Below are positions 32,884 to 44,296 of a stretch of DNA of 64,000 nt, in pieces. Numbering within the stretch: the first letter of the stretch is position 1; the number at the start of each line of letters is the position of its first letter. This DNA is from an uncultured Nitrososphaerales archaeon (GTDB taxonomy: Archaea; Thermoproteota; Nitrososphaeria; Nitrososphaerales; Nitrososphaeraceae). Below the pieces are notes generated by a model. That model worked only from the letters and a program-made list of their open reading frames with translations, searched no databases and was not told where the DNA came from. The position numbers and the translations under genes were made by a program. Location: the NCBI GenBank assembly GCA_963709405.1, contig CAVPXM010000053.1, positions 107,154 to 171,153 of the forward strand, given 5' to 3'.

Positions 32884-34530
32884 ATGTCAAATCAGAATGT
32901 GTCTGGTGGAGTACCAGTATTAATACTCAAAGAGGGTTCAACTCAAACCAAGGGTAAAGACGCACAGAAAAATAACATAACAGCCGCCAAACTGATCGCT
33001 GAAGTAGTACGATCTAGTTTGGGTCCAAGAGGAATGGACAAGATGTTGGTAGATTCTTTAGGAGACGTAACTGTTACAAATGACGGTGCGACCATCCTGA
33101 AAGAAATCGATGTTCAACATCCGGCGGCGAAGATGATGGTCGAAGTCGCCAAATCTGTAGACAATGAGGTAGGGGATGGTACGACTTCTGCAGTAGTTCT
33201 AGCCGGGGCGCTTTTAGAGAAAGCAGAACAATTAATCGCAAAGGATGTACACCCAACAATCATTGTAGATGGTTATAGAAAAAGCGCAGCCAAGGTTATT
33301 GAAATTCTTAATAATATGGCGCAGAAAGTCAGCAATAATGACAAGGAACAACTAACGAAAATTGCTAGAACATCTATGCAAACAAAACTGGTATCGAAGG
33401 ATTCTGAAGTGCTTTCAGAATTAGTTGTTAATGCGATCCTACAAGTTTCTGAAGAGTCTGACTCAGGTTTTAAAGTCGATATTGACGATATCAAAGTAGA
33501 AAAGAAGGCTGGTGGATCCCTTCGAGATACAAAGATGATCAAGGGCATTGTCCTTGACAAAGAAGTAGTTCACGGAGGAATGCCAAAAAGGATAGAAAAG
33601 GCAAAAATTGCATTAATCAATTCTGCTCTAGAAATTGAGAAGACTGAATTTGATGCCAAGATTAACATCAGTTCGCCAAATCAAATGAATATGTTTTTGG
33701 AAGAAGAGAACAAGATGCTAAAGACTATGGTAGATAAAATCATCAATGCTGGAGCCAATGTGGTCGTTTGTCAGAAAGGCATAGATGATATCGCTCAACA
33801 TTATCTTGCAAAGGCAAACATATTGACTGTGCGCAGAGTGAAGGAAAGCGATATGACCAAACTATCAAGAGCAACAGGGGCTCAAATAATCACTAATCTT
33901 GATGATCTTGCGGCCAAAGATCTAGGGCTTGCCGATCTTGCAGAAGAGCGCAAGGTTGAAACTGACAAGTGGGTCTTCATAGAAGGCGCCAAACATCCAA
34001 AAGCTGTGACAATATTAATCAGAGGCGGGTCACAAAGAGTAGTCGATGAAGCAGATCGATCGATTCACGACGCATTGATGGTTACAAAAGATGTAATCGA
34101 AAAACCACTAGTACTTGCTGGGGGTGGGGCTCCAGAAGCATACGCTGCATCAAAAATACGTGATTGGGTAAGTACCCTTTCTGGCAGGGAACAATTAGCA
34201 GCCGAGAAATATGCTGAGGCACTGGAAGTTATTCCACTCACTTTAGCTCAAAATGCAGGTATGGATCCTATAGATGCGATGACAGATTTGCGTGCAAAGC
34301 AAAGTAAGGGATCTAAATGGACTGGAATCGATGTGAGAACCGCAAAGATTGCCGACATATCAAAGCTTGAGGTTTTAGAGCCACTTAGCGTCAAAGAACA
34401 GATAATCAAATCTGCTACTGAGGCTGCCTGTATGCTTTTAAGAATAGACGACGTTATAGCATCGAGCAAATCTGCAGGCGGCCCTCCAGGTGGGGGTGGG
34501 ATGCCTCCGGGTGGAATGGGCGAATATTGA
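32884..34530 (+). CDS. ths: thermosome (group II chaperonin) subunit
   Basis: [27 protein letters not shown], Gly/Met-rich C-terminus. Confidence 0.97.
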   Translation: MSNQNVSGGVPVLILKEGSTQTKGKDAQKNNITAAKLIAEVVRSSLGPRGMDKMLVDSLGDVTVTNDGATILKEIDVQHPAAKMMVEVAKSVDNEVGDGTTSAVVLAGALLEKAEQLIAKDVHPTIIVDGYRKSAAKVIEILNNMAQKVSNNDKEQLTKIARTSMQTKLVSKDSEVLSELVVNAILQVSEESDSGFKVDIDDIKVEKKAGGSLRDTKMIKGIVLDKEVVHGGMPKRIEKAKIALINSALEIEKTEFDAKINISSPNQMNMFLEEENKMLKTMVDKIINAGANVVVCQKGIDDIAQHYLAKANILTVRRVKESDMTKLSRATGAQIITNLDDLAAKDLGLADLAEERKVETDKWVFIEGAKHPKAVTILIRGGSQRVVDEADRSIHDALMVTKDVIEKPLVLAGGGAPEAYAASKIRDWVSTLSGREQLAAEKYAEALEVIPLTLAQNAGMDPIDAMTDLRAKQSKGSKWTGIDVRTAKIADISKLEVLEPLSVKEQIIKSATEAACMLLRIDDVIASSKSAGGPPGGGGMPPGGMGEY

Positions 34531-34608
34531 AATTAACCTTTCTTGCACAAACAACGAAAGCGACTATCTTTCTTTCCTGTTATCTCAACTTAATTGTTCT
34601 TAACTAGT

Positions 34609-35653
34609 TGTTGTACTTCCTAACATAGGTGACAATTTAGCTTACAGACATGGGTTACACTTCTGCTGTCAGGAAGTGAATCCATATAGAAATCAGAACA
34701 AGGTTTAATCTAATACATGAGAAAGAATGGACTGGCGATACAGTATCTAATATTTGTAAAAGATACGGTACATCCAGAAAGACTTACTACAAGTGGAATA
34801 ACAGATACAAACAGAAAGGGATAGAAGGACTTCTAGATAACTCTAAAAGACCTCATAATACTCCATGTAGAAAGGTAACATCAGAAATAGAAGAGACAAT
34901 ACTTGATCTACGACTAACCAAAAGGTTTGGATGTAGCAGGATCAAGTTTAGATTAAGAAAGGTTGTTGGAATCTCGTTAAGCACCAGAACTATCTACAAG
35001 ATACTAAAGCGACATGGTCTTAACGTCCTCAAATGTCAAGCTAAAATAAGAAGATACAAACGGTTCGCAATGAGGCATCCAAATGAGATGGTACAGATGG
35101 ATATCCTTGGCCCTTTCTATCTGAGTAATTCTAGTCAAAGGAATTATTACATCATCAGCTGTCTGGATGATTGTTCAAGAAAAGTAGCAAGCAGATGGTC
35201 TAAAAGAAAGAGGTCAGTAGATGTTCTCAATGTACTAGAGGACTGGATAATCATTAATGGCAAGCCTGAAAAGGTAATGCATGACAATGGAAAGCAGTTT
35301 ACATCCAAAATGTTCAGACATTTCCTCGTACACAATCAGATAAAGGATAAGCAAATACCAAATTCATTCTTACCCACAGCTACAAGGGAAAATAGAAGCA
35401 TATAACAAGATAGTGAAAAATGAGTTTCTAGCAATAGAAGAAGATATACCAAACATAGATGATGGTAAGCTAAGATATGACATGTTTATAAAAGCGTACA
35501 ATGAAACGAGAGAACATGGAGGAATAAATGGTCTTACTCCATCAGAGATGTTTCTACAAAGATTAATTACATCCACCATAAGTATAAGATCTAAGCAGCA
35601 AAGTGTAACCCATGTAGGTACTTAAAATGTAACCTATCTGTGCAAGTACAACA
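34609..35653 (+). mobile_element. IS481-family insertion sequence (~1045 bp)
   Basis: Ends TGTTGTACTT / AAGTACAACA with imperfect inverted repeats over ~55-60 bp; flanks ACTAGT and ATTAGT (6-bp target duplication, 1 mismatch); internal HTH+DDE transposase. Confidence 0.9.
34676..35625 (+). pseudogene. IS481-family transposase, frameshifted
   Basis: ICKRYGTSRKTYYKW..GIEGLLDNSKRP, VQMDI, LDDCSR, HDNGKQF, PQLQGKIEAYNKIVK, YNETREHGGINGLTP; frameshifts near 34685 and 35370. Confidence 0.85.
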
Positions 35654-35839
35654 ATTAGTAAACAAATTTCTGCCAAGCAATTACAAGTGCGCCATTCATC
35701 TTATTATCGGATGGCACGCCAAAAACAACCAATGCATTTTTTGGGCAGTTATTTCATTTGTACAAAGGAATTAAGATGTATAATTTACATTCTTCAAAAG
35801 AGTTTAATACTTCCAAGATAATGTAAATGGTATCTCATA

Positions 35840-36112
35840 ATGCCAACTGCATATGTCTTGATTAATTGCGACCTTGGATCTGAAGAAGAAATACTTAAGG
35901 AGTTAAAAAAGCTGCCTGAAATTATTGAGGTAAGTGGGGTATATGGAGTGTATGATATAATTTTAAAAATTAGATCTGATACAATGGATAAATTAAGGGA
36001 AACAATTACATGGCATGTTAGAAGGATTGATAAAGTAAGATCGACTCTAACAATGATAGTAATAGAAGGCCAGGGAGATAAAGGGCAAAAACAAATGCAT
36101 GACGTATCTTAA
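35840..36112 (+). CDS. Lrp/AsnC ligand-binding (RAM) domain protein
   Basis: AYVLINCDLG..VYGVYDIILKI..RRIDKVRSTLTMIV, no HTH. Confidence 0.9.
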   Translation: MPTAYVLINCDLGSEEEILKELKKLPEIIEVSGVYGVYDIILKIRSDTMDKLRETITWHVRRIDKVRSTLTMIVIEGQGDKGQKQMHDVS

Positions 36113-36611
36113 ACTTTACCGCATCGTTCTGATAATTGGACAGACAGTTCATCTGTGATTTCGTCAGTTATTTAACTGCCGTCGCTTTGTTTCGGATCAA
36201 CGACCACACGGAAGAAATTCTAAAAAGTCAAGCTGAATAGCGAGGCGGCTTCAGCAATATTCATGTTACAAACTCCTCCGAATATGTATGATAGAGATTT
36301 TGACAGGCACTCATAATAGTCGTGAACAATTCTTTGACCTGATTCATACTACTTGTCACATGTGATCAGGATGTGAGTTATTTAGCTTTGGGAAATAATT
36401 ACGCGGCGCCTAATCGAATGGTTAGAATCCAATCTCGTTTGATATTGTTGTGGGGTGTTTCCCAGTGAATCAATAACGCTAGGAATCAATTGCATCAAGC
36501 TGTTTACGTTTTTAAAGACAGTTACAAGGCAGGACTAGTCTATCATTGAAAATGACCAGTCTGGGTAGTATTTGGGACCCGAATAGATGAGATAGCATAA
36601 TGATCAATAGC

Positions 36612-36944
36612 TCAAACCTTTATATCGACTAAACGGAATCCCAAAAGCATCGCAATCCCTATGGTCGCAAAACCAGCTATTAGTAGACCCCCTTGATTTT
36701 TTGGATTGATAGAATTCCCAGCTTTATACAGCAGGAATGCGCCCGCCATTCCAATAAATAAGATCATTGTTGTCACAATTGTTTCTCCTATTGTCTGAAT
36801 TGATCTTGAAGGAATGATAAATGTCCTTGTACTCCTGGCTGTGCCTTCAATTATTGAGTTAAATAGTCCAGAACCTAATGCGAAAAAGAGAACAAGATAA
36901 ACAATAGTAACTATCAGGAGGATCTTTTGAATACTAAGTATCAT
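36612..36944 (-). CDS. 3-TM membrane protein, possibly OSTC/OST3-OST6-like
   Basis: three hydrophobic helices; LGSGLFNSII..FIIPSRSIQTIGE..FIGMAG..LL, C-terminal K; start probably ATG 36944. Confidence 0.6.
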   Translation of the reverse strand: MILSIQKILLIVTIVYLVLFFALGSGLFNSIIEGTARSTRTFIIPSRSIQTIGETIVTTMILFIGMAGAFLLYKAGNSINPKNQGGLLIAGFATIGIAMLLGFRLVDIKV

Positions 36945-37917
36945 TTTTATCCTAACCTGGATATGCGGTGTATAAATATCTTTGCCGATTGGATGCTGTT
37001 CACCTATTGAATCTTTCGCCATCTATCACTCTTCTATCTAATAATTGGAACAGCATATTGCTGTCACTGATAAATTTTAGATCCAATGTTGCTTGCTTAG
37101 AGATGTACTAATGCAAGTCAAGACTAGCTTCTAATCATAGTAACGTTTAGTATTCTAGAGAAGGGATCTAACTCTTTACGATCTATAAATGAGTATATTA
37201 TAAAGTCATTGCTTGGTTGAATACAATAGGTATATTTCCAAAAGTATAGAAACTTGAAAATTAGACCTTGATATAAGGATAGATTCAATCTCAGATTAAT
37301 TGGTAGTGCCTAACTAGTTTCAACATTCTTGGTGTCTATGGTGCGATGAGTTATAATAAGAGTATCAATCGATGTTTATGCAAACTTACAGTACATATTG
37401 ATTACTGATAACAGTCGATCAGTTTCTAATTTAGTACATATTTATAATACAGACATAATCAAATTTTACACCTGCACAGCCTGAACTGGTGAGAGTAAGG
37501 ATCGAATGTTACGATTTATCATTATATCCTCCCTACTACTACGCTTAGAATGATGGACGATCATGAAAAATGATGGATCATTATCGAGTATATCATAGAC
37601 AGTTAGAACGTGCATGTCATCTATAAAGATAGGAATCAAATATGATATGTACAAAAATTCTTGTATATAATGACAGCCAGGATATCTAGTGATGACTCCT
37701 TGACAAGGGTAAGTATTAATTCTTGAATAAACTAGTAATACGTGAAAAGTGATGTAAGAAATGATCAGACAAATTATTTCCAGATTATTTTTAGTTCCTA
37801 AGCTTATCAATTAGCTTTTAAATTTTTACAATGCAGCAAGTTATAATTATATGATTAGTAATATGTCCAATTCATTTATACAGAAACTCTTTTGTAGAGC
37901 AGGCTACAATATCTTAA

Positions 37918-38565
37918 TTGGTGTCGTATCCAAAGGACGTATTTTCTAGGATGTTTGCTGGAACGCATGATAATAAGGGCACCCAGCATTTACTCTATCC
38001 TAAAGATGAAGAAGAAACGAAGGTGGATATCGAAGAAGTTGACGAGGCATTACGAACTAATATTTTTAACGTGATGTTGGGAAGGAGATCCCAAAGAAAA
38101 TTTGATGAAACCAGACTAGTCGAAGATTCAAAAGTCGAGATGATTTTCGCAGCTGCTGATACTGCTCCTACGGCGGGAGGATTCCAAGGATTTGAAGTCT
38201 TTAATGTAAAGAAACCGGACGTCAAAGTCAAGCTTGTTGATGCTGCCAATAAGCAGCCTTATGTCAATGCTCCAGTTGTTCTTGTATTTTGCATGAACCC
38301 AGACAGAGTAAAGATGAACTTTCCCCCCGATATTCTTAAAAAATTTTCATTACAAGACGCTACGTTAGCTGCAGCATATGCACAGCTGGCAGCACATGCA
38401 CTTGGTTTAAGCTCCATCTGGATAGGTTTGATTGATGAAACTAAAGTTATGACAGCTCTTGGGACCAAATATACACCTTCATCGATCCTGTGTCTAGGAT
38501 ATCCTCAGAAGATTTTACAACCTAAACCCAAAAGAAGTCTCATTGGCCTAATTCATGAGATTTGA
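37918..38565 (+). CDS. nitroreductase family protein
   Basis: RRSQRKF, APTAGGFQ, QDATLAA..LAAHALGLSSIWIG, LGYP. Confidence 0.92.
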   Translation: MVSYPKDVFSRMFAGTHDNKGTQHLLYPKDEEETKVDIEEVDEALRTNIFNVMLGRRSQRKFDETRLVEDSKVEMIFAAADTAPTAGGFQGFEVFNVKKPDVKVKLVDAANKQPYVNAPVVLVFCMNPDRVKMNFPPDILKKFSLQDATLAAAYAQLAAHALGLSSIWIGLIDETKVMTALGTKYTPSSILCLGYPQKILQPKPKRSLIGLIHEI

Positions 38566-39453
38566 TCTCTAATATTATAACACCAATGATTCTTTGCTAG
38601 TGAAGAACCTAACGATAGCTTGCTACTCGTGTGTCTAATCTGTTAGCTTGCAGTATGGAGCGATAATCGATTGGAAGTAGTTTTCCATAAGTAAAACTAT
38701 TGCGAGACAATTGGCGAAATAATTTAGAACCGTGTTCAAATCATTATAATTAGTTAAAATCCTGATAGGCTAATAGTTTCTTTTGGATAACACAATTTCA
38801 GGAGCTTAATCATAGGCATTTAGTTTATTAAATCGGATCTTAATCCTTCGTGTTTTGTGGATATTTTATCCAAATTTTGAAGCAGTTAATATTTTGAGAC
38901 AGACTGGTCGTGCTGTAAGCAATTCGCGAAGTTTCACTAATCTAAGGTAATCATACCATAGGATTAGATTTCAAATAAAAGTTCCTTCTTTATAGGTCAT
39001 CAGAAGGCGGTAAGAGTCGGTTGATCTTTCACTTTGATTAAGTACCCATTACAGGACCGTTCAACAGTTTTTTTCCATTTTCATGAAATGTGCCTGCGGA
39101 TAAACAATTCTTGTGAAGTCTTGTTCCCCTAGCAAGATTCTTTTTTTGGGTACACCATCGTCTGACGATGTTCACAAAGGTTCTTCAGGTATTGTTAGTC
39201 CTATCATCCATCCATTTATAATGGTAGGCTACTTTTTTGATTAGTTACATCTTGCCGCTTGTCTCTCTACGTATATTGGACAAAATCAAGCATGGAATAC
39301 CGCTGTGAATGTATGACCATTCATTCTTTCTCGGTCCTTAGTGTGGATTGATCATGCTCAGGTTGTCTCGTATTCGTAGGCTTATCATCATGTAAGTAGA
39401 ATTCAATAATACGTGTAAGGATATATATACAAAATCTGCTACAAGGTAGTAAT

Positions 39454-39660
39454 ATGTTAAGCAACAACAATGATTTTTGTGAAGTCAATGGTTGTAGCTC
39501 CCTAGCAGAAGGGTTCAAAATCTCGGTGAGGGGATTAAATGGAGGATTTCATGATATGAAGCTTTGCATTGAGCACAAGCAGTTATTTATTGATGAACTA
39601 GTTAAATGGATAATGACTGAAGGTGCCAACATGTACAAAAGCAAAGTAGTTATGGAATAA
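39454..39660 (+). CDS. small putative zinc-binding protein
   Basis: CEVNGC...LCIEH Cys/His pattern; TATA-like ATATATA about 30 bp upstream. Confidence 0.5.
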   Translation: MLSNNNDFCEVNGCSSLAEGFKISVRGLNGGFHDMKLCIEHKQLFIDELVKWIMTEGANMYKSKVVME

Positions 39661-40473
39661 GCATAGCAGTATGTATCCGAGACATGGGTTCAAAAATGGG
39701 TTCAAGAATCGCACTTACAAGAAAACTCAAAGCAGAACGAGATTTTTCACACGACTAATTGCTGTTTCTAATTTTATTAGATATTGAGATAAAATAGTCT
39801 TAGCTCCATTTTACTAACTCATGCTCCTCTATCAATTGTATTGTGATGCGGGTTTCATTTCATGTAATTCGATTAATAGAAAAACGAATCAATTGATTTA
39901 AATCCGTTCCATGAGTTTGGGATCAGCTCATAAACGTACCCCCAGTCTCGTAGGATGAGCTTGATTCGTGAGCATTAATTGGTTTGGCGCTCACATGTTT
40001 CTTTCCAAAGAGTAAATTAACTTAAGATAGATCGATTATCGATCTGCTAATTTCGTAGTATTAGATTTTTCAGTAGACAAACAGCTTGCTAACCTCGATC
40101 TTCGTAAATAGCAGGATGACTGTCTTAATCCATCATCTCTTAAGAAAATACACATACTGCAAGTTCATTTGCCTACAGTCTCTGTTTCAAGAACCATTAA
40201 ATCCCTGAATAGGACTGTTGCAATAACTGTTAATTATAGGATTAATCTATTACAATTGTTCCATTTCTGTTCTTCTAAATATAAGAAAGAGGATTTGGAG
40301 TGTTGCTCTTTGCTCTTTTTTGACTTTCGACTTGGATTAGCTCGATTTTACGCAAAATCTTTTTTTTATATGTCAATATCGCAAATATATGTAATATCTC
40401 ATCAATAGGTTTATTTTTTGTTTATCATCTGAGTAATGATTTAAATCACCCAGTGACTATTAAATTTCAGATA

Positions 40474-40602
40474 ATGGGTAAAGAGGCAGAAAGAGATGAA
40501 ATTAAAGACGAAACCCACACATTAGAAGACGAAGAACAAGAAGAACAAGATGAATTAGATGATGACGACGAGGAAGAATCTAGCGGTCGAGGTGAGGAAT
40601 AA
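40474..40602 (+). CDS. 42-aa highly acidic microprotein (not in ORF track)
   Basis: MGKEAERDEIKDETHTLEDEEQEEQDELDDDDEEESSGRGEE*; strong GAN codon periodicity; TTTAAA at ~40440. Confidence 0.7.
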   Translation: MGKEAERDEIKDETHTLEDEEQEEQDELDDDDEEESSGRGEE

Positions 40603-40969
40603 CTGGCTAGCTTATTTCAAAATTATTGGCTGTGAATTATTAATGGAGTTAGATAGAACCTTGCTTTTGCTAATATATCGCGAGCTACTACATTAGTTGG
40701 TAACTAGCAGCAAGCGAAGTTGCTTAGGTTCGGTTAAATACGCTTTGGTATGAATGCGATAACAATTCGTGTGTTAGAAATCTTATGCGATTCTGTAATT
40801 AATCTACCTCATACAAATTAATATGTGTAGTTTTTGTCTCGGATAGACATTGAATCTATCAGTTGATCATCGCTCAAACCCCTGTAGTAAAAATAAGTAC
40901 TTTATATGATGTCATACCTAATCTGAAGTCCCGAACTGCTAACGAACTCAGAAAGATGTCTCCAAATCA

Positions 40970-41263
40970 ATGAATTCGCTAAACCTTAATTTACCAGCTA
41001 TGCAAGATAAATATTCTGGCTGCATAAAATTCCAATCTATGAGACCAGTGAGCCATGTAAGTAATGCATTTTTGATTGTCGGAGTGATTACACTGGTTTT
41101 AGGAACCATATTTCTGCTACAAAGTAATTCCATTGTTGGTCCATCCTCTTCATTTATGTATCGCAATCCAGAGTGGTCAGCAAATGGGTATGTTATAATC
41201 GGAGCAGGGGCCATCGTCACAGCAATTGGTCTGATCAAGAAGTACATCAAGGTATACCGATAA
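40970..41263 (+). CDS. small 2-TM membrane protein
   Basis: two hydrophobic helices flanking QSNSIVGPSSSFMYRNPEW; start probably ~41039. Confidence 0.65.
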   Translation: MNSLNLNLPAMQDKYSGCIKFQSMRPVSHVSNAFLIVGVITLVLGTIFLLQSNSIVGPSSSFMYRNPEWSANGYVIIGAGAIVTAIGLIKKYIKVYR

Positions 41264-41783
41264 ATGCAAAGTTACTAGAATTTCACTGATCAATCTAAAG
41301 AATACTATCCTCGCAATAGTGCTATTTTGAATTATTCTGCTATACATAATGAGGGATAAATGTAACCTGATGGTAGTTAATTCTCTTATGTAATTTTGAT
41401 AATTCGATAGGAAATCTTAATTGCTAGTTTATAACTTATAAAGACGGCATGATATGAGTTTTCGAACTGAGATTCTATTTCAATGATCCCTTATCAGTGT
41501 TTCACACAATGCCGTCCAGAAGACACACGAACATATCCGGACACAAAAATGAGGCATATCCCTTGATATATAGGAATCCCGATTTAGGAGCTTGTCAAAT
41601 AATTATTTGACAGCCTCAAATCTATAGCAGGAGATCATAGAATGGGTAATAGTGTAGGTCCTTAATCGCCAATCCTAGAGGCTGTGAGAATAGAATAATA
41701 ATGATGACATTACTAGCATTGATATCCTTGAAACTCAATTTGACGGTAAACTTAGGAAACGGCTACATCTATGGAACTGCTTA

Positions 41784-42057
41784 TATGGGTTCAAAGTCGT
41801 TTAAGATAAACATTCAAGAATCATTAGAAAACAAGCTGATTCTTCCAAATGAATTACAAATAGAATCGAGACAGGGCTCTGTCTTATTTGAGACTGAAAA
41901 AAGAAAAGAAGTTACAGTGAAATGCGAGATCGTAGACGAACCTACTGATATGATTTTACTGTACACCGACATACAGACACTAATGAACTTGACGAAAGAT
42001 TTTCCTACTACCATGAATGTAAGCGGAGCTGAATTAACGGGAGACATCAAAACCTAA
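41784..42057 (+). CDS. hypothetical protein
   Basis: ORF 41701..42057, likely start ATG 41784; globular beta-rich composition. Confidence 0.55.
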
Positions 42058-42064
42058 GAGAATG

Positions 42065-42083
42065 AGCCGAACATCTTTCGGCT
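42065..42083. terminator. GC-rich hairpin between convergent genes
   Basis: AGCCGAA-CATCT-TTCGGCT just after the stop at 42057. Confidence 0.35.
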
Positions 42084-42174
42084 AGACCGGTCTATGATAA
42101 TATCACGCTTTTCCTGTTCTCTTTCTGATCCTATTACAGCTAATCTGTTATATAATATACCTTACAAATAATTC

Positions 42175-42396
42175 CTAGTTCAGGTATAACGAAAAACTAC
42201 ATTGTTCACATAAGTAGCATAATCTGTCAAATTCAGAGGATAAAGTCATTATGTCGTAACAACGCGGGCATTCAATTTCATGTTCTAATTCATCACTCTT
42301 GTCCACTTTTTTGTCAGTGTTACTACCGATATCGATATCAATGACCTCTTGCTGGTGCAATGTATCTGACTTAGCTTTTGATACTAGATGTATCAC
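42175..42396 (-). CDS. small zinc-ribbon protein
   Basis: CPRC..x14..CEQC at C-terminus. Confidence 0.7.
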   Translation of the reverse strand: MIHLVSKAKSDTLHQQEVIDIDIGSNTDKKVDKSDELEHEIECPRCYDIMTLSSEFDRLCYLCEQCSFSLYLN

Positions 42397-42723
42397 TATA
42401 CCATTTTTCTACGAGGTTGCTATTATAGGCTAGAACACTCCATATGGGGGGAGGGGTACCTAGGAATCTGGACTATCGAAGAGACAATGGCAGTAATGAA
42501 AGGCATAACGTAGGTGTCAGCTTATGGACGGGTATAATATGAACTAGGCTAGTCTATCCTCACTAGAGAATGTGTATCGATTTATTCCCAACGGAGTTGA
42601 TCATGGGTTGGGTTGTTTAGGTAAGATCGAGTGTTACCTAGATCTGGTATGTCTACGATCTAATTCTCTTAATGAGCATTTGCCAACAAAGCCATTGACG
42701 TGAGGGGTACATATACTTAGGCC

Positions 42724-43887
42724 CTAGTATAACCAATTCTTTACTCTCGTCTCTTCAAATTCGAGTTTTTTTATATATGATTCCTCTGATGGTGATTGAA
42801 GTCTTGAATTCGGATCTTCATTGTACAAATCTACTTCAAGATATCCTGCCTTGTTATCACCTATCTCCATAAAGCAAAAGCCCTTTCCATCAAACTTAGC
42901 ATTTGTTTTAGTATTTGTAATTTGATCAACGATTTCTTGAGACACCACCATTGCCTCAGCTTCTGCAAATATGCCAGCTTTTGGAATAGTGACAATGCCT
43001 CCAAGGTTGATTTCTGTTACATCACCTACTGCAAAAACATTGTCATGATTGGTCTTTAGAGTAAATTTATCAACCTTAACCCAATTCCGGCTTTCGGTAA
43101 TTCCGGATTTACGAAGTACAGCTGGCATTTTATGTGGTGGAATTCCTATTAGTATATCAAACCTTACTCTGTTCCCGTTTTCAAATTCTACCATATCTTT
43201 GCTCATAACTCTACTAATTTTGTGGAGTGGATGAATGTTGATATTACGCTTATTGAGTAAGCTTATTACCTGTTGGCTAACCACGGGCCCCGCCACAGGT
43301 AATGCAAGAGCAGATGGGACGAAGAGATCTATTTCAATATGATCTCTTTTCCCATTCTTAACTACTAAATCATTAATAAGCATTGAAGCTTCATACGGTG
43401 CAGGAGGGCATTTGTAAGGGATATCTGCAATACAGATTGCTATTCTCCCTTTATTCAACGACAGAATTCTCTCTCGTAAATTTGCAACTTGTTCAGCATC
43501 ATACAAATTAAACCCTCCATTTTGAATGAAGCCGTTGATTCTATCTGGGGCAAGTTCTGAGCCGAGAGATATTATCAGATAGTCATATTCAAATTTGTCC
43601 TTAGATTTAGTCATGACACTATTTTTAGTAAGTTCAATTTCTATGATTTCATCGTTTATGAATTCAATTCCTTTATTTGCTAAGTTCATTAATGGAATAC
43701 GTGAATCCTCTAATTTTCTAGTGCCGCGCAAAATCCATAAATTCACAAGACCCATCATAAAAAATTCGTTTTTATCAATAATTGTGATCCGATGAATATC
43801 CGACAAGTTTTTACGCAAGATATTGGCTGAGGTCAATCCCCCAAAACCTGCCCCGAGAATCAATATGCGTTTTGCTTGTCTTATCAA
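42724..43887 (-). CDS. FAD-dependent oxidoreductase, sulfide:quinone oxidoreductase-like
   Basis: ILILGAGFGG, YDYLIISLG, YKCPPAPYE, VFAVGD, PKAGIFA, GFCFME. Confidence 0.85.
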   Translation of the reverse strand: MIRQAKRILILGAGFGGLTSANILRKNLSDIHRITIIDKNEFFMMGLVNLWILRGTRKLEDSRIPLMNLANKGIEFINDEIIEIELTKNSVMTKSKDKFEYDYLIISLGSELAPDRINGFIQNGGFNLYDAEQVANLRERILSLNKGRIAICIADIPYKCPPAPYEASMLINDLVVKNGKRDHIEIDLFVPSALALPVAGPVVSQQVISLLNKRNINIHPLHKISRVMSKDMVEFENGNRVRFDILIGIPPHKMPAVLRKSGITESRNWVKVDKFTLKTNHDNVFAVGDVTEINLGGIVTIPKAGIFAEAEAMVVSQEIVDQITNTKTNAKFDGKGFCFMEIGDNKAGYLEVDLYNEDPNSRLQSPSEESYIKKLEFEETRVKNWLY

Positions 43888-44296
43888 ACATATCTAGATC
43901 TCAGTTTCGTGGTAAAAAAGCTTTATCTTGATGAGTGGTTCTAATTACGTTTAGCTTACCTAGATGCATTTTTATAATCGAATACCGATCGTCTTTAATT
44001 GAAATAACTCACATTCATTTTAAGAATTTCTTAATGGTGGTCTAAATTGAGCCAATAGAGTGTATTTGCGACCGCAATTAGATTACACTAATAGGGATTG
44101 CTAATACATCTTCAACAGATGAACACTTGCCTCAGCGTGGAGTGTATAAATGCGATATAAAGATGTTGTATATATTAGTTTTATGGTACGCCAGATCTGC
44201 TCTATCACCTTGTATAAAAAATCTTGACCACGAACTCAAACATTTTTTCTTCATGTATATATAGTCATAATTACAAGTCTATAGTATAAAACGTAA

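Noticed and set aside
37466-37810. 114-aa minus-strand ORF
   Set aside because: TTG start, atypical composition and no motif; probably spurious
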